From positions 1-40,283 of IMG/VR virus record IMGVR_UViG_3300050185_000003: 40,283 nucleotides of DNA, one strand, 5' to 3'. Under the pieces are notes generated by a model, which had not been told where the DNA came from, made no database searches, and saw nothing but the letters and a program-made list of their open reading frames with translations. The translations under genes and the position numbers were made by a program. Positions within the stretch are counted from its first letter, which is position 1; every line of letters starts with the position of its first letter. This document shows positions 16,432 to 24,690 of this stretch, in pieces. This stretch comes from a virus.

Positions 16432-16568
16432 CAGCGGATCGGCAAGGAGTCCGTGGAGAGGAAACAGCCTCGGAACCTCACCCCCAAGGTGAAACAGTCA
16501 ATCTTCAAGGCCGTGCTGGTAGGGACAACCGAACGCTCGGCCTCCATCCTTGCCCCGGCGGTGCCCCT

Positions 16569-17666
16569 GTGAAGCGCTACGGGAACCTTTTCCAGCGGAT
16601 CTGCGCCATCGACAACCTCGCCCGCGCTCATGAGAACGCCCGCAAGGGCAAGACCCACTACTCGGCCGTCAAGATGATCGACGCCGATCCGGGCTTCTAC
16701 CTTAGCGAGCTGCGTCTCATGCTACTGGCCAAGAAGTTCACGACCTCTCCCTATGTTCACTTCACGATCCACGAGCCCAAGGAGCGCGAGATCTCGCGGC
16801 TTCCGTACTTCCCGGACCGGATCGTCCATCACGCGGTCATGCAGATACTGGGTCCGATCTGGGATCGCCAGTTCATCCGCGACAGCTACGCGGCGATCCC
16901 GGGGCGCGGCATCCACGCCGGATCCTACCGACTTCGCCAATATCTTCGCCGCCCCGGCTCCGAGTACTGCCTCAAGATGGACATCAAGAAGTTTTACCCG
17001 AACGTTGACCACGGCGTTCTAATGTCCATGCTCGAGCGGAAGATCAAATGCCCCGACACGCTATGGCTGCTCGAGGACATCGTCCGCAGCGTTCCCGGCG
17101 GCAAGGGCCTACCCATCGGGAATTACCTTAGCCAGTATCTATCGAACATCTACCTGGACGGGTTCGACCACTGGATCAAAGAGACCATGCGGTGCCCCTT
17201 GTATATCCGATATTGCGACGATGCCGTCATCTTGGCCAAAGACAAGAAGTATCTTGGGTGGCTGCTTGAACGTATCAGGCTATACCTCGAGAACAGCCTC
17301 CGCCTCGAGCTCAACCGGAAGACGAGGATCTTCCCTGTCGGCTCGGGAGGCGTTGATTTCTTAGGCTACAAGACGTTCCGTGATCGCGCCCTTCTCCGGC
17401 CAGGTTCGCGGCGGCGCCTGGTCCAGAAGATGCGCCTGATCATGCGGCGGTGGCGGTCCATGCGCCCCATCACCATCGTCAATACGATCATGTCCTACGT
17501 CGGGTGGGCCGTCCACTGCGACGCCCGCGGTCTGTTGCGAAAGCACATCACCGGAAACCGCTCGATCATGGCCGCCTTCACCTGGGCAGTGGGCAGGCTG
17601 GGCCTCAAACGATCGCCGATGGCCAGGCTCGGCATCAAGTATCGGAACCTATTCGAAACAGCATAG
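16569..17666 (+). CDS. DGR-type reverse transcriptase
   Basis: GTG start. The N-terminus MKRYGNLFQRICAIDNLARAHENARKGK is typical of DGR RTs. The protein carries the DGR-specific motif LPIGNYLSQYLSNIYL, the catalytic YCDD, and GVDFLGY after it. Confidence 0.9.
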   Translation: MKRYGNLFQRICAIDNLARAHENARKGKTHYSAVKMIDADPGFYLSELRLMLLAKKFTTSPYVHFTIHEPKEREISRLPYFPDRIVHHAVMQILGPIWDRQFIRDSYAAIPGRGIHAGSYRLRQYLRRPGSEYCLKMDIKKFYPNVDHGVLMSMLERKIKCPDTLWLLEDIVRSVPGGKGLPIGNYLSQYLSNIYLDGFDHWIKETMRCPLYIRYCDDAVILAKDKKYLGWLLERIRLYLENSLRLELNRKTRIFPVGSGGVDFLGYKTFRDRALLRPGSRRRLVQKMRLIMRRWRSMRPITIVNTIMSYVGWAVHCDARGLLRKHITGNRSIMAAFTWAVGRLGLKRSPMARLGIKYRNLFETA

Positions 17667-17676
17667 GAGCATCACC

Positions 17677-17910
17677 ATGGCAGAAATCACAAGCATCAGC
17701 AAGGCGCAGATCGTGGCGGACGTGGACGGCCTCGCCGTCCAGGTCACGGACATCACGGCCAAGATCAAGGCGGCCGAGGACGCTGTGCTCGCGGCCCAGG
17801 GCAACCTCGATCAACTGCGGATCGAGAAGTACCGTCTCGAAGGCGAACACCGGGCCATTGCCCGCATGAAGGCCAGCATGGACCCCGTGGCGGAAAAGGC
17901 GGTCATCTGA
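17677..17910 (+). CDS. hypothetical coiled-coil protein (77 aa)
   Basis: ORF track entry. GGAGCATCACC lies upstream of the ATG. The sequence is heptad-like: ITAKIKAAEDAVLAAQGNLDQLRIEKYRLEGEH. Confidence 0.55.
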   Translation: MAEITSISKAQIVADVDGLAVQVTDITAKIKAAEDAVLAAQGNLDQLRIEKYRLEGEHRAIARMKASMDPVAEKAVI

Positions 17911-17912
17911 CT

Positions 17913-18023
17913 ATGCGCCTCATCAAGCCAGCCCTCCTCGCGCCGACGGCGATCCTGCTGTTCCCCCTGGTCTGCCTCATCGGGTGGGCCAAGGGGATAG
18001 CGGAGATGATGAGGGAGACCTGA
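17913..18023 (+). CDS. possible 36-aa membrane peptide (below the ORF-track cutoff)
   Basis: Hand translation MRLIKPALLAPTAILLFPLVCLIGWAKGIAEMMRET fills the gap between 17910 and the portal start. Confidence 0.25.
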   Translation: MRLIKPALLAPTAILLFPLVCLIGWAKGIAEMMRET

Positions 18024-18034
18024 GGACAGCCATC

Positions 18035-20140
18035 ATGGGCATTATCGACCGCGCCCGCTTCGTCCTGTTCGGGGATATCCCCGGCCACCAGAAGGGGCGC
18101 GCCTCGGCCGTCGACAACCCCATCACCCGCGCCATCCTGATGAGCGTTGGAAAGCAGGCCATTTGGTCAAAACAAAACTTCGAGACCCTCTCCCGCGAGG
18201 GATACGAGAAGTGCATGGCCGCCTACGCCTGTGTGTCATTAATAGCGAACGCGGCCGGGGGCATCGAGTTCAAGGTGATCCAGGGCAAGAAGGACATTGA
18301 GGAGCACCCGGTCCTGGACCTTCTCCGCCGCCCCAACGCCTACGAGGGCAAGCGGGCATGGATGCGGAAGCGATTCTCGCAGCTGCTGTTGGCCGGGAAC
18401 GCCTACACCCAGGCCATCCGGCCAACTAAGTCGCGGCCGCCAGCGGCCCTCTATCTCCCCATGCCGCAGCGGATGGCGGTCGACCCTGGTACCCCGCCCA
18501 TTCTCGTCGGCGGCTACATCTACGAGGTCAATGGTCGCAAGACCAACCTCGATGCCGAGCTCGTTCTGCACAGCAAGCTCTTCCACCCCACGGATGATTG
18601 GTACGGGCTCTCGCCTCTTAGCGTGGCCAGCCGCGGCGTCGACATCTCCAACATGGCGGCCGAGTGGAACATGCGCCTGCTGCAGAACGACATGCGGCCG
18701 GCCGGAATCCTGTCCTCAGAGACCAGCCTTGGCGAGCCTACGCGCGAGCGAATGAAGACCGAGCTCAAGGAGTCCTACGGCGGCTATGAGAACGCCGGGA
18801 CCCCGCTCGTCCTAGAGGGCGGTCTCAAGTGGCAGCAGTTGGGGATGTCATCCAAAGACCTGGACTGGCTCGGGGCCGTCGACCGCAATAAGCGCGAGAT
18901 CGCCTCTGTCTACAACATCGCCCCGGAGCTCATCGGCGACTCTGCCAATAAAACATACTCCAACTTCCAAGAGGCCCGCCGCGCCCTCTACACAGAGACC
19001 GTGCTGCCGCTGATGGATGAGTACGTTGACGACCTCAACAGCTGGCTCTGCCCCATGTTCGAGGAAGGCCTCCGCCTGGTCGTTGACCGCGACAAGATTG
19101 AGGCCCTCCAAGAGGACCGGGAGAAGAAATTCACCTACATCAACGGCTGCCGGGTGATGAAGATCGACGAAAAGCGCCGCGCCCTAGGCCTGGATCCGAT
19201 CGGGGAAAAGAACGGCGGAGAGATGATCCTGGTCTCGGCCGCAGATATCCCGCTGGAATTCGTGGCCGTGGATCCCGATCCTCCAGCCGAGACCGAGCCC
19301 GCCGCCGACCCGGATCCAGACGATAGCGAAGAGGGGCAGGACGAAGGTGCCAAAGCTGCGGGCAAGAAGCCTCGCCGGATGCTTCGCGACGCCCCCTCCC
19401 GCAAGTCCTGGTCCGCGCCAGAGCGCAAGGACGCGCTGTGGAAAAACTTTGCCCTCCGCGTCGAGACCAAGGAGCGGGGCCTGGTGGCAACGGCGCTCCG
19501 CTACCTCAAGGATCAGGCTCAGCGCGTCGCCAAGGCCAAGAACGTTGATATCCAGACTGAATCGCAGGCATTTGCCAAGGCGATCAGACCCTGGGCCATA
19601 TGGTCAGCCATCCGAGCTGGTGCCTCTGGGGTCAGGGCTTCGAAAGGGGAGCTCCCGGATCTCGACGAGAAGGTCAATCTGTTCGAGCTCACGGCTGAGC
19701 AGATCAGGCACCTGGACGAAATGATCCTTCACTCGGGTACTAAGATCGCCGAAAGCACGATGGCCCTGGTCCGGGACATTCTCAAAATTGCAGAGTCTGA
19801 GACCTGGACAACTGAGGAGCTGGCGCAGGGGCTCAAAGATAAGCTCGAAGGGTTTGCGCAGTGGCGGTGCCGCACGATTGCCAGGACCGAGTCTGCGAAG
19901 GTTGAGAACTGGGGCCAGCTCGAAGGCTATAAGTCAACCGAGTTCGTGAACAAAAAGGGTTGGCTGTGCTCCCGGGTCCCCGAATCCCGGGAAGACCACG
20001 TCCAGGCCGATGGGCAAGAGGTCGGCATCGACGAGGCCTTTATCGTCGGAGGCGAACAGATGCAATACCCCGGAGACCCAGCCGGTGACGCCGGTAACGT
20101 TGTCAACTGCCTGTGCTCCCACTATCCGATTGTGGAGTGA
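18035..20140 (+). CDS. portal protein (HK97-type) fused to a C-terminal Mu-F / SPP1 gp7-like head-morphogenesis domain
   Basis: The portal-like body (ACVSLIANAAGGIEFKV.., NAYTQAI.., SVYNIAPELIGD) is joined by the acidic linker DPDPPAETEPAADPDPDDSEEGQDEG to a Mu-F-like end (WRCRTIARTESAKVENWGQLEGY...GDPAGDAGNVVNCLCS). Start is ATG 18035 (GAGGAC upstream) or the ORF-track start 17984. Confidence 0.8.
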   Translation: MGIIDRARFVLFGDIPGHQKGRASAVDNPITRAILMSVGKQAIWSKQNFETLSREGYEKCMAAYACVSLIANAAGGIEFKVIQGKKDIEEHPVLDLLRRPNAYEGKRAWMRKRFSQLLLAGNAYTQAIRPTKSRPPAALYLPMPQRMAVDPGTPPILVGGYIYEVNGRKTNLDAELVLHSKLFHPTDDWYGLSPLSVASRGVDISNMAAEWNMRLLQNDMRPAGILSSETSLGEPTRERMKTELKESYGGYENAGTPLVLEGGLKWQQLGMSSKDLDWLGAVDRNKREIASVYNIAPELIGDSANKTYSNFQEARRALYTETVLPLMDEYVDDLNSWLCPMFEEGLRLVVDRDKIEALQEDREKKFTYINGCRVMKIDEKRRALGLDPIGEKNGGEMILVSAADIPLEFVAVDPDPPAETEPAADPDPDDSEEGQDEGAKAAGKKPRRMLRDAPSRKSWSAPERKDALWKNFALRVETKERGLVATALRYLKDQAQRVAKAKNVDIQTESQAFAKAIRPWAIWSAIRAGASGVRASKGELPDLDEKVNLFELTAEQIRHLDEMILHSGTKIAESTMALVRDILKIAESETWTTEELAQGLKDKLEGFAQWRCRTIARTESAKVENWGQLEGYKSTEFVNKKGWLCSRVPESREDHVQADGQEVGIDEAFIVGGEQMQYPGDPAGDAGNVVNCLCSHYPIVE

Positions 20141-20143
20141 AAC

Positions 20144-20836
20144 ATGGCCAAGAAGTACGAGAAAAAAGAGCTCGAAATCAAGTTCACGATGGGTGAGGGC
20201 GAGGGCGAGACCGGCTCGTTCTCTGGTTACCTGTCCATCTTTGGCGTCATCGACAGCTATGGAGACGTGGTCAAGAAGGGCGCGTTCAAGAAATCGATCA
20301 AGGACAAGAAGGAATTCCCCCTACTCTGGAGCCATGACATCTTCGAGCCCATCGGCGTTTTCACGGCCACCGAAGATGAGAAGGGCTTGCTGATCCAGGG
20401 CAAGCTGAATCTGGACGTGCAGCGGGCCAGGGAGCTGCGCTCCCTTATGGCCCAGGGCGCAGTCAAGGGTCTGTCCATCGGTTTTCGTGTCATCGACTCC
20501 AAGCCTATGGAACAAGACGGAGTCCAGATCCGCTTGCTTCGTGAGATCGACCTCTGGGAGGGCTCACCCTGCGTTTTCCAGGCCTGCCCAGAAGCCGAGG
20601 TCGACCAGGTCAAGGGTGCCATCTTTCTCCTGGACCGCGACGAGCGCGGAGAGGTCCAGGCTTACATCGAATCCCTTTCGGCACTTCTCGGGAAGGTGGA
20701 GCCGCCCGCGGGCACTCCCAAGGCAAGCCCTCCCCAGGAGCCGCCGCCGGATAGCGACCTCGCTCCGTATTACGAGGCCGCGAAGTCCGCCATCCAAGAG
20801 ATGCGCGGGCCATCCCAAGTGCAGGAGTCAACATGA
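20144..20836 (+). CDS. HK97-family prohead protease (S78)
   Basis: FSGYLSIFGVIDSYGDVVKKGAFKKSI..PLLWSHD..PIGVF..GLSIGFRVID matches the remembered family pattern. It sits between the portal and the capsid gene. Confidence 0.85.
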   Translation: MAKKYEKKELEIKFTMGEGEGETGSFSGYLSIFGVIDSYGDVVKKGAFKKSIKDKKEFPLLWSHDIFEPIGVFTATEDEKGLLIQGKLNLDVQRARELRSLMAQGAVKGLSIGFRVIDSKPMEQDGVQIRLLREIDLWEGSPCVFQACPEAEVDQVKGAIFLLDRDERGEVQAYIESLSALLGKVEPPAGTPKASPPQEPPPDSDLAPYYEAAKSAIQEMRGPSQVQEST

Positions 20837-21987
20837 CCCCCGAAGAGCTGAAACAGCAACTCATCGAGGCGCAGAACCAGGCTCTCTCCGAGTACCGGAG
20901 ACAGAACGAGGCCCTCCTCAGCGGCAAGCTCGGCCCGGCCGAGATGAAGGCGTATGAGGACAAGATCAACGTCCGCCTGGACGAGCTCGGCAAGGCCATC
21001 GCCAAGCTCAGCGCGCCCGCCGCCCCCGCCACCACCCCCGACCTGAAGGCCGAGACCAAGGCCTGGTTCGACGGCTTCCGCAAGAAGCTCCTGGGCCAGC
21101 CCATGACCGAGGTCGAGACCAAGACCATGACAGTCGGCGATCCGACCACCGGCGGCTACCTGGCCCCGGTCGAGTTCGTCAACGAGCTGCTCAAGGACGA
21201 GGTTCTGTACTCGCCCATCCGCAGCCTGGCCCGCGTCCGCACCACCTCCAACCGGTCGGTGCAGCAGCCCAAGAAGACTTCCGACGCCTCGGCGTCGTGG
21301 GTCACCGAGATCGGTACCCGCGCCGAGACCACCAACCCGAAGATCGGGCTGGAGGAGATCCCGACGCATGAGATGTTCGCCCTGGCCAAGATCAGCAAGC
21401 AGGACCTCGAGGATACCGCGTTCGATCTTCAGGGCTTCCTCCGCGAGGAGTTCGCCGAGCAGTTCGGCGTGCTCGAGGGCACGGCCTTCATCAGCGGCAA
21501 CGCCGTTGGCAAGCCCGAGGGCATCCTCTCCAACTCCTCCGTCACCGGCTTCACCGGCGTCACCACGTCCGCCAAGGTCGTGGCCGACGACCTCATCAAT
21601 CTGCTCTACAGCCTGAGCGAGACCGACGCCAGGGGCGCCACCTTCATCTGGCGCCGGGCCGTCACCCTGGCCATCAGCCTGTTGAAGAACTCCACCACCA
21701 ACGAGTACCTGTGGAAGCCGGGCTTCCAGGTGCAGGGGGTTCCCAACCTGCTGGGCTGCCCCTGGGTCGAGTGCCCGGACATGCCCGCCGAGGGCTCCTC
21801 GGCCAAGGCCGTCGCCGTCGGCAACTTCCGCCGGGGATACGTGATCGTCGACCGCCTGGCGATCGAGATCATGGTCGACCCCTACACCAGCAAGTCGACC
21901 GGCTGCATCGAGATCAGCGCTCGCAAGCGCGTCGGTGGCCAGGTCGTCATGCCCTCGGCCATCAAGGTCTACACCCTGAAGGCCTAA
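20833..21987 (+). CDS. major capsid protein, HK97 fold
   Basis: N-terminal delta-domain-like coiled coil, then TTGGYLAPVEFVNELLK, FALAKISKQDLEDTAFDL and VDRLAIEIMVDPYT. AGGAG lies upstream, and the start overlaps the protease stop. Confidence 0.85.
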   Translation: MTPEELKQQLIEAQNQALSEYRRQNEALLSGKLGPAEMKAYEDKINVRLDELGKAIAKLSAPAAPATTPDLKAETKAWFDGFRKKLLGQPMTEVETKTMTVGDPTTGGYLAPVEFVNELLKDEVLYSPIRSLARVRTTSNRSVQQPKKTSDASASWVTEIGTRAETTNPKIGLEEIPTHEMFALAKISKQDLEDTAFDLQGFLREEFAEQFGVLEGTAFISGNAVGKPEGILSNSSVTGFTGVTTSAKVVADDLINLLYSLSETDARGATFIWRRAVTLAISLLKNSTTNEYLWKPGFQVQGVPNLLGCPWVECPDMPAEGSSAKAVAVGNFRRGYVIVDRLAIEIMVDPYTSKSTGCIEISARKRVGGQVVMPSAIKVYTLKA

Positions 21988-21997
21988 GGAGACCAAC

Positions 21998-22414
21998 ATG
22001 AACAAGGACCTGTACCCCTACATCAGCTTCGAGGGCGCCAAGCTCTACACCGCGGCTCATGACGGCGACAACATAGTCGACATGGCCGGCTACGAGGAGG
22101 CGCTCGTCCTGGTCGCTGCCGAGACCCTGACCGATGGCGGCTTCGTCTTCGAGCTCAAGGAAGGCGATAACTCCGCCCTGTCCGATGCCGCGGCCGTGGC
22201 CGATGCCGACCTCGTCGGCGGCGGCCCCACGGCCGGCGACAAAGAGCCGACCTTCGCCGCCACCGAGGACGATACGCCCAAGTGGTTCTACTACAAGGGC
22301 GGGAAGCGCTACCTGCGCCTCGACCTCAAGACCGTCACTGGCACCCCCAGCACCGGCGGCTCGTTCATGGGCCTTATCATCCCGATGAAGGCTCGGCACA
22401 TGCCGACCGTCTGA
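21998..22414 (+). CDS. hypothetical head-module protein
   Basis: ORF track entry with AAGGAGACC upstream of the ATG. No family was recognised. Confidence 0.6.
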   Translation: MNKDLYPYISFEGAKLYTAAHDGDNIVDMAGYEEALVLVAAETLTDGGFVFELKEGDNSALSDAAAVADADLVGGGPTAGDKEPTFAATEDDTPKWFYYKGGKRYLRLDLKTVTGTPSTGGSFMGLIIPMKARHMPTV

Positions 22415-22438
22415 GCCTGGGCTGGAACATGCTCACCA

Positions 22439-22478
22439 GCGGGCGGGTGGTTCGGAGGATATCCGGCCACCCGTCCGC
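22439..22478 (+). terminator. 12-bp GC-rich stem-loop after the capsid block (attenuator or terminator candidate)
   Basis: gcgggcgggtgg pairs with ccacccgtccgc (one G-U pair) around a 16-nt loop. Only TT follows. Confidence 0.35.
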
Positions 22479-22527
22479 TTCCAAGTCCTGGGAAACGCTC
22501 GAGCACAAGACACAGCAGGAGCCAGCC

Positions 22528-22803
22528 ATGAAGATCGTGCCCACGCGAGACCTGACCATCTACGTCGACGGCATTCACCCCCAGATCTTCGAGGCCTGGA
22601 GGGAGGTCGAGATGCCCGAGCGAATTGCCGGGGTCCTTCTGGGCGATGGACGGGCCCAGCCGGCCGAGGCCTTCAAATCCGTTCCCGAGGCCCCCGAGAA
22701 CAAGATGGAGGCCCCCGGCGAGGACAAGGCGAGGATCCAGGAGACAGGACCCAAAAAGCCTACCCAGACCCGGGCCCGGAAGCGAGCGCAGCTAAAAGGC
22801 TAA
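22528..22803 (+). CDS. hypothetical protein
   Basis: Internal ATG of ORF 22282..22803 follows AGGAGCCAGCC. Protein MKIVPTRDLTIYVDGIHPQIFEAW.. has a basic tail. Confidence 0.5.
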   Translation: MKIVPTRDLTIYVDGIHPQIFEAWREVEMPERIAGVLLGDGRAQPAEAFKSVPEAPENKMEAPGEDKARIQETGPKKPTQTRARKRAQLKG

Positions 22804-22806
22804 GGC

Positions 22807-23376
22807 ATGAGCGACATCATCACCCTGGCGGAACTTAAGGCTCGCCTGAGCGAGGCATCTACCACTCTCGACACGATATTCTCGACCTACATCTCCGACG
22901 TGTCGGAGGCGGTGCAGAAGTATCTTGGGACGCCGCTTATTACTCCGTCAGCTGCCGTGACCGTCCTCCTCGATGGCAAAGACCGGCAGACGCTTTGGCT
23001 CCCGAACTGGCCGGTCCTGGCGACTCCGGCCCTGGTGGTATTGGAAGACGATGTCGCACTTACCGAGGGCAACGACATGGACTTCGTCGCCTACACCGAA
23101 GACGGACGCCTGGTCCGCGTTGACAGGGGATGGGCCGCGGGGCTGCAGAACATCAGCGTCACCTACAAGTACGGCTACGCTGTCGCGGACATCCCGAAGC
23201 CGCTCAAGACAGTCTGCTATCGAGAGATCGGGAGGATGTGGAACGAGCTCAAGACCAAGAGCTATGACGAGATCAGCCGCTCCTTCGAGAACGGTTCGAT
23301 CAGCGTCTTCGACTCCGGTCAGTTCATGAAGGCCTCCATCGAGGCCATGCGTCCCTACACGAGGCGCTGCCTATGA
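22807..23376 (+). CDS. head-tail connector (gp6-like) protein
   Basis: The N-terminus ITLAELKARLSE....YISDVSEAVQKYLGTPLI..LDGKDRQTLWLPNWPV matches the remembered gp6-like connector pattern. Confidence 0.6.
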   Translation: MSDIITLAELKARLSEASTTLDTIFSTYISDVSEAVQKYLGTPLITPSAAVTVLLDGKDRQTLWLPNWPVLATPALVVLEDDVALTEGNDMDFVAYTEDGRLVRVDRGWAAGLQNISVTYKYGYAVADIPKPLKTVCYREIGRMWNELKTKSYDEISRSFENGSISVFDSGQFMKASIEAMRPYTRRCL

Positions 23377-24002
23377 GCGATTCCGTGAAGGTCGACGTCT
23401 CGCGGGCACAGCTCAAGGTCGTCCGCGTTATTGACGGCCTGGATCCCGTAGCCAGGAAGAGGCTTTCGACCTTCGGCGCCATGACCGTCTTGAAAGCCAA
23501 GCGAAACGCCAGCGGCGGAATCGTCGGGAAATACAAGAACGGCCGCAAGTCCGGACAGCTGCACCGGAACATATCCTTCAGGCTCGCGAAGACAGATGGC
23601 GGCGTCAGCGGGGTCGCCATCGGCACGGGCCCGGAGGTAGGCGGCAAGGAAGAGGTCAAGTACGCCTCGATCCTGGAACACGGCGGGACGATCAAACCCA
23701 AGAACTCCAAGCTGCTGGCCATCCCATTGACCAGGGATGGGCTGCGGCCGCGCCAGTATTTCAATACGTTTTTCTTCCGCAGTGGAGGGAAGTTGTTCCT
23801 GGCCCAGAGCATCCTACGCTTCGCCAGCGGCAGCGGCAAGGGCAAGAACGCCGGGATGCGACTCCTATTCGTCCTTAAGAACAAGGTCACGATGCCGGCG
23901 TTCCATTGGCTATCCAGATCGATCGACCTCGAGCTTTTAGACGGGCTCTTGGACCCTGGGCTCATGGTCGATGATCTCCTGGGCGGGATGAGGGAGGACT
24001 GA
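23373..24002 (+). CDS. HK97 gp10-like head-tail joining / tail-completion protein (tentative)
   Basis: VKYASILEHGG resembles the YA..vE.G core of the gp10 family. The gene lies in the neck module. Confidence 0.45.
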   Translation: MSDSVKVDVSRAQLKVVRVIDGLDPVARKRLSTFGAMTVLKAKRNASGGIVGKYKNGRKSGQLHRNISFRLAKTDGGVSGVAIGTGPEVGGKEEVKYASILEHGGTIKPKNSKLLAIPLTRDGLRPRQYFNTFFFRSGGKLFLAQSILRFASGSGKGKNAGMRLLFVLKNKVTMPAFHWLSRSIDLELLDGLLDPGLMVDDLLGGMRED

Positions 24003-24003
24003 C

Positions 24004-24480
24004 ATGCCCAGCCCCGCCGACTGCCTCCGCCTCACCGTCAGGGACAGGGTCATCACCGTTCTTCAGGCGATCACGGCGGGGTCCACCTACAACATCACCC
24101 CGGCCGAGGTTCTTTCGGTCTGGGTCGAGCTGGAACAAACCAAGGGCGATACCTACTGCGTCTTCCCCAACGAAGACGGTCAGATCGAGGAGAGCGGGGC
24201 CAATGACGAGTACGAGGGGGACTTTTTCCTCGTCGTCATGGGCCGCGTCTTCGATAACGTCGACCCCGGCCGTAAGCTCTTCCAGGCTACGGCGGACATC
24301 ATGCTGGCCATCAATACGGATTCGAAATCCGGGGCCTCGGGAAGCCTGGGCGTTCTCGTCGATCGCACTTTTTTCCCGGAGTTCCCGGACACCGATTCCG
24401 GGTACATGAGCACTCACGGATTCGCGGAGTTCGCGCTCCGAGTCGGATTCCGAATCCACGGCGATTATGGCGAGCTCTAA
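24004..24480 (+). CDS. putative neck / tail-terminator protein
   Basis: The call rests on position between the connector genes and the major tail gene. GGGAGG lies upstream of the ATG. Confidence 0.45.
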   Translation: MPSPADCLRLTVRDRVITVLQAITAGSTYNITPAEVLSVWVELEQTKGDTYCVFPNEDGQIEESGANDEYEGDFFLVVMGRVFDNVDPGRKLFQATADIMLAINTDSKSGASGSLGVLVDRTFFPEFPDTDSGYMSTHGFAEFALRVGFRIHGDYGEL

Positions 24481-24491
24481 GGAGGCCAAAT

Positions 24492-24689
24492 ATGGCGAAA
24501 GAAATCAAAGCGATCGAGTGGACGGGGGATGACCAGTTCTCCCCAGACTACGGCCGGCTGCAGCGCGGCGACGTGATCATCCTGAGTGAACGCGGGATCC
24601 CGCAGCGGGTGGCCGAGACCTGGATCCGGGACGGCTGGGCCGTCGAGCAGAAGCAGATGAAGCAGGCCGAAAAGGCCAAGGAGGCTTAA
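24492..24689 (+). CDS. hypothetical small protein
   Basis: ORF track entry with AAGGAGG upstream of the ATG. Confidence 0.55.
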   Translation: MAKEIKAIEWTGDDQFSPDYGRLQRGDVIILSERGIPQRVAETWIRDGWAVEQKQMKQAEKAKEA

Positions 24690-24690
24690 C

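Larger units (their letters stand above)
13625..17666 (+). mobile_element. diversity-generating retroelement cassette (target gene with VR, TR, reverse transcriptase)
   Basis: See the component features. The order is target-VR, a 105-bp gap, TR, a 137-bp spacer, then RT, all on the + strand. Confidence 0.9.

Noticed and set aside
16228-16572. 114-aa ORF between the DGR target and the RT, considered as an Avd or other accessory gene
   Set aside because: Its central third is simply the TR read in the VR frame. The rest is short and not helix-bundle-like, and DGR TRs are normally non-coding. It is kept only as a remote possibility.
16569-17666. RT considered as a retron or group II intron RT
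   Set aside because: The LPIGNYLSQ motif, the N-terminal ..NL..A...ARKGK pattern and the adjacent adenine-mismatched TR/VR pair all point to a DGR. No intron maturase/En domains or msr/msd-like inverted repeats were seen.
20770-22005. 411-aa minus-strand ORF
   Set aside because: It is antisense to the HK97-type major capsid gene and has Gly/Asp/Leu/Ala shadow-ORF composition.
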